The notes beneath the pieces are model-generated. The model did no database searches and was not told the DNA's origin. It saw only the letters and a program-made list of their open reading frames with translations. Shown piece after piece: positions 10,171 to 21,777 of a stretch of DNA of 64,000 nucleotides; positions within the stretch are counted from its first letter, which is position 1; each line of letters opens with the position of its first letter. The position numbers and the translations under genes are program-made. Where the stretch lies: the NCBI GenBank assembly GCA_020724585.1, contig DYGS01000001.1, positions 486,002-550,001 of the forward strand, given 5' to 3'. This stretch comes from Candidatus Microgenomatus sp. (GTDB lineage: Bacteria; Patescibacteriota; Microgenomatia; UBA8517).

Positions 10171-10942
10171 TGACTTCACTCTTATAATCCTCGCAGGTGG
10201 TGATGGCACAAGAATGAGGCCAGCTAGTTTAATCACTCCTAAACCTCTTCTGGCTACTTACGACGAACCCCTTTTGATACGTCAAGCACGCCAAGCCAAT
10301 GAGGCTGGAATATCAAAAATATTAATCTCTACTAATCCGAAAGACTATACATACTTAAAACAGACACTAAGTCTCTATGGTGTCAAAGCGAAAGTGTTGG
10401 AAAACGAAAAGCATAAAGAAGGATCGTTACCCGCTCTCAATTTTGCTATTGAAAAAGCATTAACTCCAAAGATTCTCATGTCCTTTGCCGATATTTATTT
10501 TTTTAATAATCCATTTCCCAAATTTATGAGCATCAATAAACACTCACTTGGCATATCAAAAGCTTTTGACAAGAGAGAGCTATCTTTTGGTGGAATAGTT
10601 TTTGTAGAAGAAAGTGTAATTCAAAAAATTGTCGAGATGCCAATCAAAAATAATACCAAGGGATATAGATGGAATGGCCTAGCTTTTTTTGACCAGATTG
10701 ATCGCAGTGTCCTCAAAGAGTTTCTTAAAGACAATAGATTAGACTCTCCTGAAGAAGACTTTTTTGAGTATCTACGCACAAAGAAAAAGATAGATTTTTC
10801 AGGTATAGAATGCTCTGATTTTATTAATGTTAACAGAGCAGACAGTTTGTTGGTCGCTGCTATTTACAGGTTATCTGAAGTAAAAAAAGATAAACGACTT
10901 TTAACTCTTGCGAATCAGACACGAATTCGCTTATTAAAATAA
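10160..10942 (+). CDS. Nucleotidyltransferase (NTP_transferase family)
   Basis: IILAGGDGTRMRP...PKPL signature. Confidence 0.85.
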   Translation: MASNDFTLIILAGGDGTRMRPASLITPKPLLATYDEPLLIRQARQANEAGISKILISTNPKDYTYLKQTLSLYGVKAKVLENEKHKEGSLPALNFAIEKALTPKILMSFADIYFFNNPFPKFMSINKHSLGISKAFDKRELSFGGIVFVEESVIQKIVEMPIKNNTKGYRWNGLAFFDQIDRSVLKEFLKDNRLDSPEEDFFEYLRTKKKIDFSGIECSDFINVNRADSLLVAAIYRLSEVKKDKRLLTLANQTRIRLLK

Positions 10943-10950
10943 CCTTAAAT

Positions 10951-12129
10951 ATGAAATTTAAAAGATGCTTTATACTAGAACCTAATTTAAAAAAGTCATA
11001 TGGGCATGTAATAGAATTTCCTTTTACCCTGCAAGAGCATTTAGAAAAGGTAGGCATAGAGGCATTTGTTGTATGCAACAGACAAATCGATAAAGAGTTA
11101 CTAAGCTCTCTAAAAAATACTTATCCCTACATATCCGAAGGTTGTTTTGACGATCTTGGCGACAAAGGAGAAATGTATATTAAAGATTTATTTGATTTAA
11201 ATTCAAAGTTCCAATTTGCAGATGATGACCTAGTAATAAACTTAACAAGTTACACAAATCAGATATATGGAATATCAAAATTTATTAACCAAAACACAAG
11301 GAACAAAACTACCTTTTGTCTTTGGTTCCACCAGCTTTATCCTCCAACCAAGGTGTTTGCTGAAACTCTGTTACCTAGCTTTAAGAAAAATATAGCACAA
11401 AGTTTATCGAGAGCTTTTAAAGAAATAAGAAATTTTGATAATATTCACATATTTACAACTTTGTCTGATACTTTGCGAGATGAGTTTGAGAAACTTTCCC
11501 AGATGGGAGTATACCAATTACCATTGCCATATTCTCGTAGATCAGCAAAAAACAAACCTAAAAAAGATAATAATAAAACTTTTGGTTTTTTGGGTGATGG
11601 TCGTTTTGAAAAGGGTGCACTGCTGGTGCTTGAATTAATCGCCAAAGACATCAACCCAAACAATAATTACATATTTGAGAATATTTACCCACGAGGATAT
11701 TCAGAAACCGACTTAAACAAACTCAATAACCTAAAAAAGGAGCTCTCTGTAAAAACAAATATAAAATTTATTGACGAGCCTCTAAACAACAAAGAATATA
11801 AAGAAACTTTATCCAAAATCGATGTGTTTTTGATGCCTTATCATCCCAATAGTTATGATAAAAGGGTATCAGGCATATTTATCGAAGCAACCATGGCAGA
11901 CATACCAGTTGTAGCTACAAATCACACTTGGATGGCAAAAGAAGTTAATCAATACAAAAATGGAGTTGTTTTTGATTATCAATCAGGAGCTAACGGCCTA
12001 AAAAAAGCTATGCAAAATATAATCTCAGGCTATGATAGCTTCCAAAATAATGCAATATTAGCTAGTCAGAAATATAATCAGATACATTCGCCAGAAAATT
12101 TTATCAGTATGTTGTTAAAATCACTTTAG
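10951..12129 (+). CDS. GT-B (GT4-like) glycosyltransferase
   Basis: N-terminal GH motif, FLGDGRFEKG, SGIFIEA...PVVAT. Confidence 0.8.
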   Translation: MKFKRCFILEPNLKKSYGHVIEFPFTLQEHLEKVGIEAFVVCNRQIDKELLSSLKNTYPYISEGCFDDLGDKGEMYIKDLFDLNSKFQFADDDLVINLTSYTNQIYGISKFINQNTRNKTTFCLWFHQLYPPTKVFAETLLPSFKKNIAQSLSRAFKEIRNFDNIHIFTTLSDTLRDEFEKLSQMGVYQLPLPYSRRSAKNKPKKDNNKTFGFLGDGRFEKGALLVLELIAKDINPNNNYIFENIYPRGYSETDLNKLNNLKKELSVKTNIKFIDEPLNNKEYKETLSKIDVFLMPYHPNSYDKRVSGIFIEATMADIPVVATNHTWMAKEVNQYKNGVVFDYQSGANGLKKAMQNIISGYDSFQNNAILASQKYNQIHSPENFISMLLKSL

Positions 12130-12134
12130 TTGAT

Positions 12135-12980
12135 ATGTCAGAAGTTACAATCGCCATTCCAACTTACAACAGGGCCTCATTACTGAAAGAGGCTATTCAG
12201 AGTGTGCTGAACCAGACATACAAAGACTTCGAACTACTTGTATGCGATAACGATTCTACTGATAACACTGGGGAGGTTGTATATACATTTTCGGATCCAA
12301 GAATAAAATATCACAAAAATAAAAACAATATTGGTATGATGAATAATTGGAATAAATGTATAGAACTATCTCAAGGAAAATATCTAATGATATTGGGAGA
12401 TGATGACGAATTGTATCCCGAATTTCTAGAAACTTCTCTCGAGGTTCACAAAGATAACCCCGAAATTGGGTTCTCTTTTTCCCACTGTAATAAAGTTGAC
12501 TTAGAGGGTAAGTATTTAACAAGGTGGGGCTATCAGTTTACTCCACACGGAAGACTTAATGAATTTGATTATCTTTACTATACTATTAAGTATGGAGCGT
12601 GTCTTACTAATTCTTCTACGATTTTAATTAATAAATCTGTATTCTCAAAAGTTGGTCTATTTGAGGCACCATATGGAGCAAACACTTTTGATTTCAACAT
12701 GTGGATCAAGATCGGATTAAAATATCCTATTTATTTTATAGATAAAGTGCTGTGTGATTATCGTATCCACAAAAAGCAGGTTAGTGAACTTCATTGGAGG
12801 AGAAAAGAAAAACCGACAGGCAAGATTGGTACTTATTTAGAAATAATCGGTGTTATTGCAAAACTGTTGGATAATAAAAAATTAAAAGACCCCAAGACGA
12901 AAACATTCTTCGTTAAGAGATTGTCAGAGGTTGATAGTGAACTTGCCAATCTACTAAAACAAGTAGTTCCAGAGTTGTAA
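12135..12980 (+). CDS. GT2 family glycosyltransferase
   Basis: IAIPTYNR, SVLNQTY, DNDSTD, GDDD, DF.MW. Confidence 0.92.
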   Translation: MSEVTIAIPTYNRASLLKEAIQSVLNQTYKDFELLVCDNDSTDNTGEVVYTFSDPRIKYHKNKNNIGMMNNWNKCIELSQGKYLMILGDDDELYPEFLETSLEVHKDNPEIGFSFSHCNKVDLEGKYLTRWGYQFTPHGRLNEFDYLYYTIKYGACLTNSSTILINKSVFSKVGLFEAPYGANTFDFNMWIKIGLKYPIYFIDKVLCDYRIHKKQVSELHWRRKEKPTGKIGTYLEIIGVIAKLLDNKKLKDPKTKTFFVKRLSEVDSELANLLKQVVPEL

Positions 12981-12981
12981 A

Positions 12982-14724
12982 CTAAAGCGCACCAAGGAGT
13001 TCCTCCTTAAAATGTTCTCCTTCCGAAGGAGTTGCCATCAATTTCGAAAGTCTTTTGTTGGAAATTACATAAGACTTATCTACACCAATATTTCTTAAGA
13101 AACTAATATCATGTGATACAACTAAAACTGCTCCTTGGAATTCCTGTAAAACTGCTTCTATCTGCTCAATCGATTCAATATCCAAGTTGTTTGTGGGTTC
13201 ATCTAAAATCAATAAATCCACAGGCTGAATGGCCATCATTGCGAGTGCTAACCTTGCTGTTTCACCACCACTCAGCACTGAGGCCCTTTTGTTTACTTCC
13301 AGAGTTTCTCTAAAAAGGAACCGTGCCAGATGTTGTCGTAATCCACCAGACGGAATAGATGCAGCAACCCTTTGAGCATTTTCCAAGACAGATTGACCAC
13401 GATCAACTATCGCATACCGCTGGTCAAGAAGTTGGACATTAATATTCTGTGCTAGTTGTATATCGCCAGTTGTTACTACATCATTTATACCCAGAACTCC
13501 TTTGATCCAAGTTGATTTTCCAGACCCATTGTTCCCAAATAAGGCTATTCGATCTCCAAAGCTAATATCCATACTCCCGTCTTCAATTACTACCGTATCG
13601 CCATAAGAACAGGAAACTTCGCGAGCTGAAATTAGTCGCTTGCCCTTATGAGCATCAGACTCTACTAAATTAGGTGTAATCTTTGCAGGCGCCCTTCTTT
13701 TAACTGCCTCTAGCTCCTCAATAGTTTCGTCTCTTTTATCCTCAGAAACACGCTTTTTCCTCCCAGCGGTTTTTGTAGCCCTTTCTTTGAAATAATGTGC
13801 ACGAACCCTATCTAGATCATCAGGTTTTCTTGTTAAATCCTTCCTTGCACTATGAGCTGCTCTTTGTTTTTCTTTTTCTATCTGCTTCTTAGCTTTTCTG
13901 ACTTCACCACTCAAACGAACGACCTCCCTTTCTCTAGCAGCTTCTTGTAGGCCTTTTTGTTCTTTGTAAAACTCATAATTTCCACCATAAGGCTGTACCG
14001 AACCATTAGCAAGTTCCCATGTACTTGTAGTAATTTCATTTAAGAAGTCACGATCGTGCGACACAACTAATAGCCCTCCTTGCCATTCAGATATAAATTC
14101 TCTCAACCACAAATTCGCGTGCAAGTCTAGGTGATTTGTAGGCTCGTCTAATATAAGTATGTCTGGTTTTGATATTAAGATCCTTGCCAAAGCAAGCCTC
14201 ATAGTTTGTCCGCCGCTGAGTGTGGACACTTTGGCATCTATTTCTCTACCTACACCAAGATGTTTTAGTATAGTCTGAATATCTGCTTGCAAGTTAAACG
14301 CATTATTATCTTGTAATAAATTTAACAATTGATCATATTTAGACACGAAATTTGGATCATCCGCTTTGTAATCTGAAGACATTGCTTCAAACTCCTCCGA
14401 TACTTTTACAAGATGTGCAATACCTTCAGTCGCCACTTCATAAACCGTCTTTTCTTCATCCATAGTGAAATCTTGAGCTAAATAACCGATTGTTATTCCT
14501 TCTCTTGACACGCTTCCTCTATCTGGTTGTTCAACTCCCGTTAATATTCTAAGTAATGTCGTTTTTCCTGCTCCATTTGACCCAACTAATCCAATCCTGT
14601 CTCCGGGATTAACAGAAACACTCACTCTATCCAAAACCACGCGTTCGCCATACTCCTTGTGAATATCTGTAGCAATAAGAGGTTTCGGGTTTAAAAATTC
14701 TTTAGATCCAATTCGACTTAGCAT
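12982..14724 (-). CDS. ABC-F family ATPase (ribosome-associated, possible antibiotic-resistance type)
   Basis: Two ABC domains (GSNGAGKTT/LSGGQ/LDEPTNHLD; GNNGSGKST/LSGGE/LDEPTNNLD), no TM segments, long basic linker; likely start ATG 14724. Confidence 0.9.
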   Translation of the reverse strand: MLSRIGSKEFLNPKPLIATDIHKEYGERVVLDRVSVSVNPGDRIGLVGSNGAGKTTLLRILTGVEQPDRGSVSREGITIGYLAQDFTMDEEKTVYEVATEGIAHLVKVSEEFEAMSSDYKADDPNFVSKYDQLLNLLQDNNAFNLQADIQTILKHLGVGREIDAKVSTLSGGQTMRLALARILISKPDILILDEPTNHLDLHANLWLREFISEWQGGLLVVSHDRDFLNEITTSTWELANGSVQPYGGNYEFYKEQKGLQEAAREREVVRLSGEVRKAKKQIEKEKQRAAHSARKDLTRKPDDLDRVRAHYFKERATKTAGRKKRVSEDKRDETIEELEAVKRRAPAKITPNLVESDAHKGKRLISAREVSCSYGDTVVIEDGSMDISFGDRIALFGNNGSGKSTWIKGVLGINDVVTTGDIQLAQNINVQLLDQRYAIVDRGQSVLENAQRVAASIPSGGLRQHLARFLFRETLEVNKRASVLSGGETARLALAMMAIQPVDLLILDEPTNNLDIESIEQIEAVLQEFQGAVLVVSHDISFLRNIGVDKSYVISNKRLSKLMATPSEGEHFKEELLGAL

Positions 14725-14731
14725 CTCTTTA

Positions 14732-14824
14732 TTATATCCGCTCATTGATTATCATTGCCGCTTTGGGTAAAGTCAAATCCTGCAATTTAATACCATTTAT
14801 CACTTCTTTACTGAATTTGATCAT
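14732..14824 (-). CDS. 30-aa leader peptide (uORF) of the ABC-F gene
   Basis: AAAGGAG SD 5 nt before ATG; MIKFSKEVINGIKLQDLTLPKAAMIINERI*; stop 7 nt before the ABC-F ATG. Confidence 0.6.
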   Translation of the reverse strand: MIKFSKEVINGIKLQDLTLPKAAMIINERI

Positions 14825-14845
14825 AGCCACTCCTTTACGATCAAA

Positions 14846-14874
14846 ATTACAAATAAATTGATGTTATTTGTCAA
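14846..14874 (-). promoter_or_regulatory. Sigma70 promoter for uORF/ABC-F
   Basis: TTGACA-17 nt-TGTAAT on the minus strand. Confidence 0.65.
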
Positions 14875-14923
14875 TATTTCGCCTCTTTAAGTTTCAACAA
14901 AAATCAGTTTAAATGTAGTCTAT

Positions 14924-17674
<2,751 letters not shown>

Positions 17675-17723
17675 ACATTAAATATATTCTTGATTTAATA
17701 GTAGGTCAATATATAATAATTGT

Positions 17724-18260
17724 ATGAACTTACTTCATGACATAGCTTTTGGAAAAGTTGATGAATTTGTAAATTCGTTTATTGAAATCCCCAAAGGATC
17801 GATGAATAAAATTGAATATAGATATGAAGAAAATATTTTTGTTCTTGATAGAGTAGAACCAGAGATATTTGCAAAACCTGTAAATTATGGTTTTATTCCA
17901 CAAACATGGGATGAAGATAACGATCCACTTGACACCTTAGTAATTACTTCAGAACCGTTATCAACTGGTCTAATGGTTAAAGCAAAAGTAGTTGGAGTTT
18001 TAAATTTTGTTGACGACGGAGAGCCGGATCATAAGATAATCTGCGTTCCAGAAGATGACCGAAATGAAGGAAATACAATAAATGATTTGACTGATCTTCC
18101 AAAAAGATTAATTGAAAAATTAGAACACCACTTCACGCACTACAAAGATCTTAAAAAACCAGGTTCAACAGTCGTTGAAGGTTGGGGAAATAAAGATGAG
18201 GCATGGAAATTAATAATGGACTGCAACAAAAGATATTCCTCAAAATTCTCTAAATCCTAA
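17724..18260 (+). CDS. ppa: Family I inorganic pyrophosphatase
   Basis: [34 protein letters not shown]. Confidence 0.95.
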   Translation: MNLLHDIAFGKVDEFVNSFIEIPKGSMNKIEYRYEENIFVLDRVEPEIFAKPVNYGFIPQTWDEDNDPLDTLVITSEPLSTGLMVKAKVVGVLNFVDDGEPDHKIICVPEDDRNEGNTINDLTDLPKRLIEKLEHHFTHYKDLKKPGSTVVEGWGNKDEAWKLIMDCNKRYSSKFSKS

Positions 18261-18284
18261 AGCAAGGCAAGCAAGGCCGAAAGA

Positions 18285-18322
18285 TTGGCAGTGTTGACAT
18301 GAGAGTGCTAAGTTATTATAAT
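18285..18322 (+). promoter_or_regulatory. CIRCE-like (HrcA) operator overlapping the sigma70 promoter of clpB
   Basis: TTGGCAGTG-N9-GAGTGCTAA (consensus TTAGCACTC-N9-GAGTGCTAA; right arm perfect) with TTGACA-17-TATAAT. Confidence 0.75.
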
Positions 18323-18324
18323 CT

Positions 18325-20436
18325 TTGTATATGGATAGTGACTTAGCCAATCTTTTTAAAGCTCCTGATCCAAAAGAAGCTCTTGGCAAATATACGCTAA
18401 ATTTGACCGAACAAGCCAAACTTGGGAAACTTGATCCCGTTATCGGCCGCGACAGGGAAATAAGAAGGGTTATGCAGATATTATCCCGAAGAACTAAAAA
18501 TAATCCCGTTTTAATAGGCGACCCTGGAGTCGGTAAAACTGCCATAGTAGAAGGACTTGCTCAAATGATAGTTTCGGGCGATGTCCCTTCAACACTTGAG
18601 GGAAGGGAACTTTTATCCCTTGATTTTGCACTGCTTCTAGCGGGAACAAAATTTAGAGGAGAGTTTGAAGAGAGGCTAAAGGCGGTAATCAAAGGCTTAG
18701 AAGAAGGTGAGGGAAAGTATATTGTCTTCATCGATGAACTTCATACAATCGTAGGAGGCGGAAACAGCGAAGGTGCAGTCGATGCGGCCAACATGTTAAA
18801 ACCAGCCCTTGCAAGAGGCACGCTTCGCATGATAGGCGCAACAACGGTTGTAGAGTATAGAAAGTATATAGAAAAAGATGCAGCTCTTGCCCGTAGATTT
18901 CAATCTGTTTTAGTTGAAGAGCCAACCATTGAAGATACTGTTTCCATTTTGCGCGGAATTAAAGATAAATACCAACTTCATCATGGCATTCGAATCACTG
19001 ATCAGGCAATCATAGCCGCAACAAAACTTTCGAGCCGCTATATTACCAATAGATTTCTGCCCGATAAAGCAATTGATTTGATTGATGAGGCGGCAAGCGC
19101 AATAAAAATTGAAATTGAAAGCAAGCCTTACGAACTTGATAGTTTAAAAAGGAAGCTTACAGGCTATGAAATTGAGGTTACTGCATTAAAAAAGGAGAAA
19201 ACAGACATCGCCAAAACAAGGATAAATAAACTTTATATGCTTATTGCAGAAATCAAAAAGGAAATAGAAAAACTTGAAAAAGCTTGGGTGTTTCAAAAAG
19301 GAATTATAGAGAAAATACAAAAAACCAGAACGGAAATTGATAACCAGCGCATAAATCTTGAAAAAGCCGAAAAAGAAGTTGACTTAAACAGCGCAGCAGA
19401 GATTAAATACGGTAAACTTCCCAAACTTGAGGAGGAGCTAAAAAATCTTGAAAACGAATGGGGGGAAATTCCTGAAGAAGAAAAAGTATTAAGGCTTGAA
19501 GTTACAGAAACAGATATTGCAAAGGTCGTTTCAGCCTCAACAGGCATAGCGGTTGGGAGACTTGTCTCAACAGAAACAGAAAAAATACTCCATTTAGAGA
19601 AAGAACTTAAAAAATATGTCATTGGCCAGGACGATGCAATAAATAAAATATCTGCAAGCATTAAAAGAGGTAGGGCGGGGTTAAAAGATGAAAATAGACC
19701 AATTGGTTCGTTTTTATTTATGGGGCCAACTGGAGTTGGGAAAACTGAAACAGCAAAAGCTCTCTCAAGAATTCTTTTTGACGATGAAAAGGCTTTAATT
19801 AGAATTGATATGAGTGAATATAGTGAAAGCCACTCGGTAGCAAGATTAATTGGGGCGCCCCCAGGATACATCGGTTTTGAAGAAGGGGGACAATTGACAG
19901 AAGCCGTTAGAAGAAAGCCTTATAGTGTTGTTCTCTTTGACGAAATTGAAAAAGCCAATCCCCAAATTTTTAATGTCTTTTTACAAATTATGGATGATGG
20001 GAGGTTAACCGACGGCAAAGGCGTAACTGTTGACTTTAAAAATACGATAATTATCATGACATCAAATATAAAACCTGACTTAGTTGATAAGACTTTTAAA
20101 CCGGAATTTATCAACAGACTGGACGGACTTGTTGAATTTAAAAACCTAGGTCAAGATGTAATGCAGGATATTGTCAAACTTGCTCTTGAAAAGGCAGTTG
20201 ACAAACTTCAAGAGCAGGAAATTGATCTTGAATATCATGATGATGTAATTAAATATTTCGCGGTTAAAGGCTATGACTCTGACTTTGGAGCAAGACCTTT
20301 AAGACGATTAATAGAATCAGAACTGCTGGATGTAATTGCTGTAAAAATTTTGGATGGTGACTTAAAGCCAAAAGATAAAGTAATATTAAAAATTAAAGAG
20401 GGCAAGTTATATTTTGACGAAAAATTGCAAAACTAA
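18325..20436 (+). CDS. clpB: ClpB disaggregase lacking the N-terminal domain
   Basis: [26 protein letters not shown], middle coiled-coil domain, [24 protein letters not shown]. Confidence 0.92.
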   Translation: MYMDSDLANLFKAPDPKEALGKYTLNLTEQAKLGKLDPVIGRDREIRRVMQILSRRTKNNPVLIGDPGVGKTAIVEGLAQMIVSGDVPSTLEGRELLSLDFALLLAGTKFRGEFEERLKAVIKGLEEGEGKYIVFIDELHTIVGGGNSEGAVDAANMLKPALARGTLRMIGATTVVEYRKYIEKDAALARRFQSVLVEEPTIEDTVSILRGIKDKYQLHHGIRITDQAIIAATKLSSRYITNRFLPDKAIDLIDEAASAIKIEIESKPYELDSLKRKLTGYEIEVTALKKEKTDIAKTRINKLYMLIAEIKKEIEKLEKAWVFQKGIIEKIQKTRTEIDNQRINLEKAEKEVDLNSAAEIKYGKLPKLEEELKNLENEWGEIPEEEKVLRLEVTETDIAKVVSASTGIAVGRLVSTETEKILHLEKELKKYVIGQDDAINKISASIKRGRAGLKDENRPIGSFLFMGPTGVGKTETAKALSRILFDDEKALIRIDMSEYSESHSVARLIGAPPGYIGFEEGGQLTEAVRRKPYSVVLFDEIEKANPQIFNVFLQIMDDGRLTDGKGVTVDFKNTIIIMTSNIKPDLVDKTFKPEFINRLDGLVEFKNLGQDVMQDIVKLALEKAVDKLQEQEIDLEYHDDVIKYFAVKGYDSDFGARPLRRLIESELLDVIAVKILDGDLKPKDKVILKIKEGKLYFDEKLQN

Positions 20437-21044
20437 AAAAGCGCTGTCTGTAAATCCTGCTTTTCTTCCATTTTGGGATAACTAAAATCAACATCAATCA
20501 CCCGAACGGAGTTCCAGAAATCTTTAAACTTAAGTTTTTTATTTTTAATGGCAAAATCATAAATTTCTTTGGTAATTAAGACATCTTCTTCGCAATAATA
20601 TTTTAATTTATTAAGCGAAGCCTCGTCTTTCTTTTGCCAGTAAATAATGGCATTACCGCCCGTATCAACTTTTTGTCTGCCAATTGTTTCTCTAGAAACT
20701 GCATTCAAAGATACCCTTTTACCATTTATCTCTTTTATCTGTTCCAAAATATCAAAATGGGGAAGTTTTAAAAATTCAGGCGGTAAGTAAGGCTTTAAAA
20801 CAGGAATATCAAATTTTTTGGAATTAAAGCCAATAACCCTATCAGCCTTGGAAAAATGTTCCCAAGACTTTTTGACATCCGGTTCAAAAAAAGAAAACAT
20901 TTCTCCTTTAATTTCGGATAAATTTTCATCGACGATTCTTGCATAAAGTGAAAGTATTGAGACGCCAAAAAGCTCAGGGTCTGAAACTTCATCATAAAAT
21001 CGCTGGGTTTCAATATCAAAAATGACCTCATTATATATTTTCAT
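20433..21044 (-). CDS. RNase H-like DEDD exonuclease-domain protein (YprB-like)
   Basis: FDIET, GFNSKKFDIP, YCEEDV motifs. Confidence 0.8.
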   Translation of the reverse strand: MKIYNEVIFDIETQRFYDEVSDPELFGVSILSLYARIVDENLSEIKGEMFSFFEPDVKKSWEHFSKADRVIGFNSKKFDIPVLKPYLPPEFLKLPHFDILEQIKEINGKRVSLNAVSRETIGRQKVDTGGNAIIYWQKKDEASLNKLKYYCEEDVLITKEIYDFAIKNKKLKFKDFWNSVRVIDVDFSYPKMEEKQDLQTALF

Positions 21045-21098
21045 GAAAACATAGTATATGTCATTGACACACTACTTTTCAAAGAATAGTATTTATAT

Positions 21099-21356
21099 AT
21101 GCTGAAGCCATCAAAAAATAAATATGCAACTGAAGAATTTGTATACAAAGTAACAAATGATCTGGAAAAAAGAATAAATGAAAGGTTTGATGAAGCAGAA
21201 GTCAAAGCTGAAGAAAGATATAGTAAAGTAATTGACCATCTTGATTCTTTAGCTGGTCAATTTAAAAAATTTGATGAAGAAAGAGAAATGATGGCAGACA
21301 AAATTGCCACACATAGCGATCAAATCGAAGAGTTTCAAAAAATTGCCTTCGCTTAA
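21099..21356 (+). CDS. Small coiled-coil protein ending in AFA
   Basis: 85 aa; own promoter TTGACA-17-TAGTAT 6 nt before ATG. Confidence 0.7.
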   Translation: MLKPSKNKYATEEFVYKVTNDLEKRINERFDEAEVKAEERYSKVIDHLDSLAGQFKKFDEEREMMADKIATHSDQIEEFQKIAFA

Positions 21357-21392
21357 AACAGGGTAATTGTCATTTTACCAAATTTTTGGTGG

Positions 21393-21695
21393 TTGAAAAT
21401 AGTTAAAAAAATTTATTATTTTAACTATGTTTTGGGTATAGAAACTGATGAAATACTACAAAGGATCTTAGCAGAAGAAGCTGAAAAAAAAGCTAAGATT
21501 GCTAGTACTCTGGCAAAAGTACATGATCAGAATGCAGCCGCAGCAAAAGCAGCCGGAATGACACTTGATGAATGGCATGAAGAAATGTCTAGGATTGGAA
21601 ACAAGTCAAATGTTGATGTTGAACCTGAAAAAGTAATGACATCTGCAGAATATGTTTTGGGCTATCTATTTCCAACAGCCAAAAAAAGTAAATAG
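21393..21695 (+). CDS. Hypothetical protein (start uncertain)
   Basis: Open frame with an Ala/Glu/Lys-rich helical composition filling the gap before gyrA. Confidence 0.55.
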   Translation: MKIVKKIYYFNYVLGIETDEILQRILAEEAEKKAKIASTLAKVHDQNAAAAKAAGMTLDEWHEEMSRIGNKSNVDVEPEKVMTSAEYVLGYLFPTAKKSK

Positions 21696-21777
21696 TTCTA
21701 CTTTCCCCTTGCTTCATGAGTATTTTATGGATACAATGTTGCTGGGCTTAGTTTTAGCCTATTTTTGTTCTTAAAAT

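Noticed and set aside
9064-10942. Phosphonate biosynthesis cluster (AEP transaminase + cytidylyltransferase)
   Set aside because: No PEP mutase or phosphonopyruvate decarboxylase in the operon or the window
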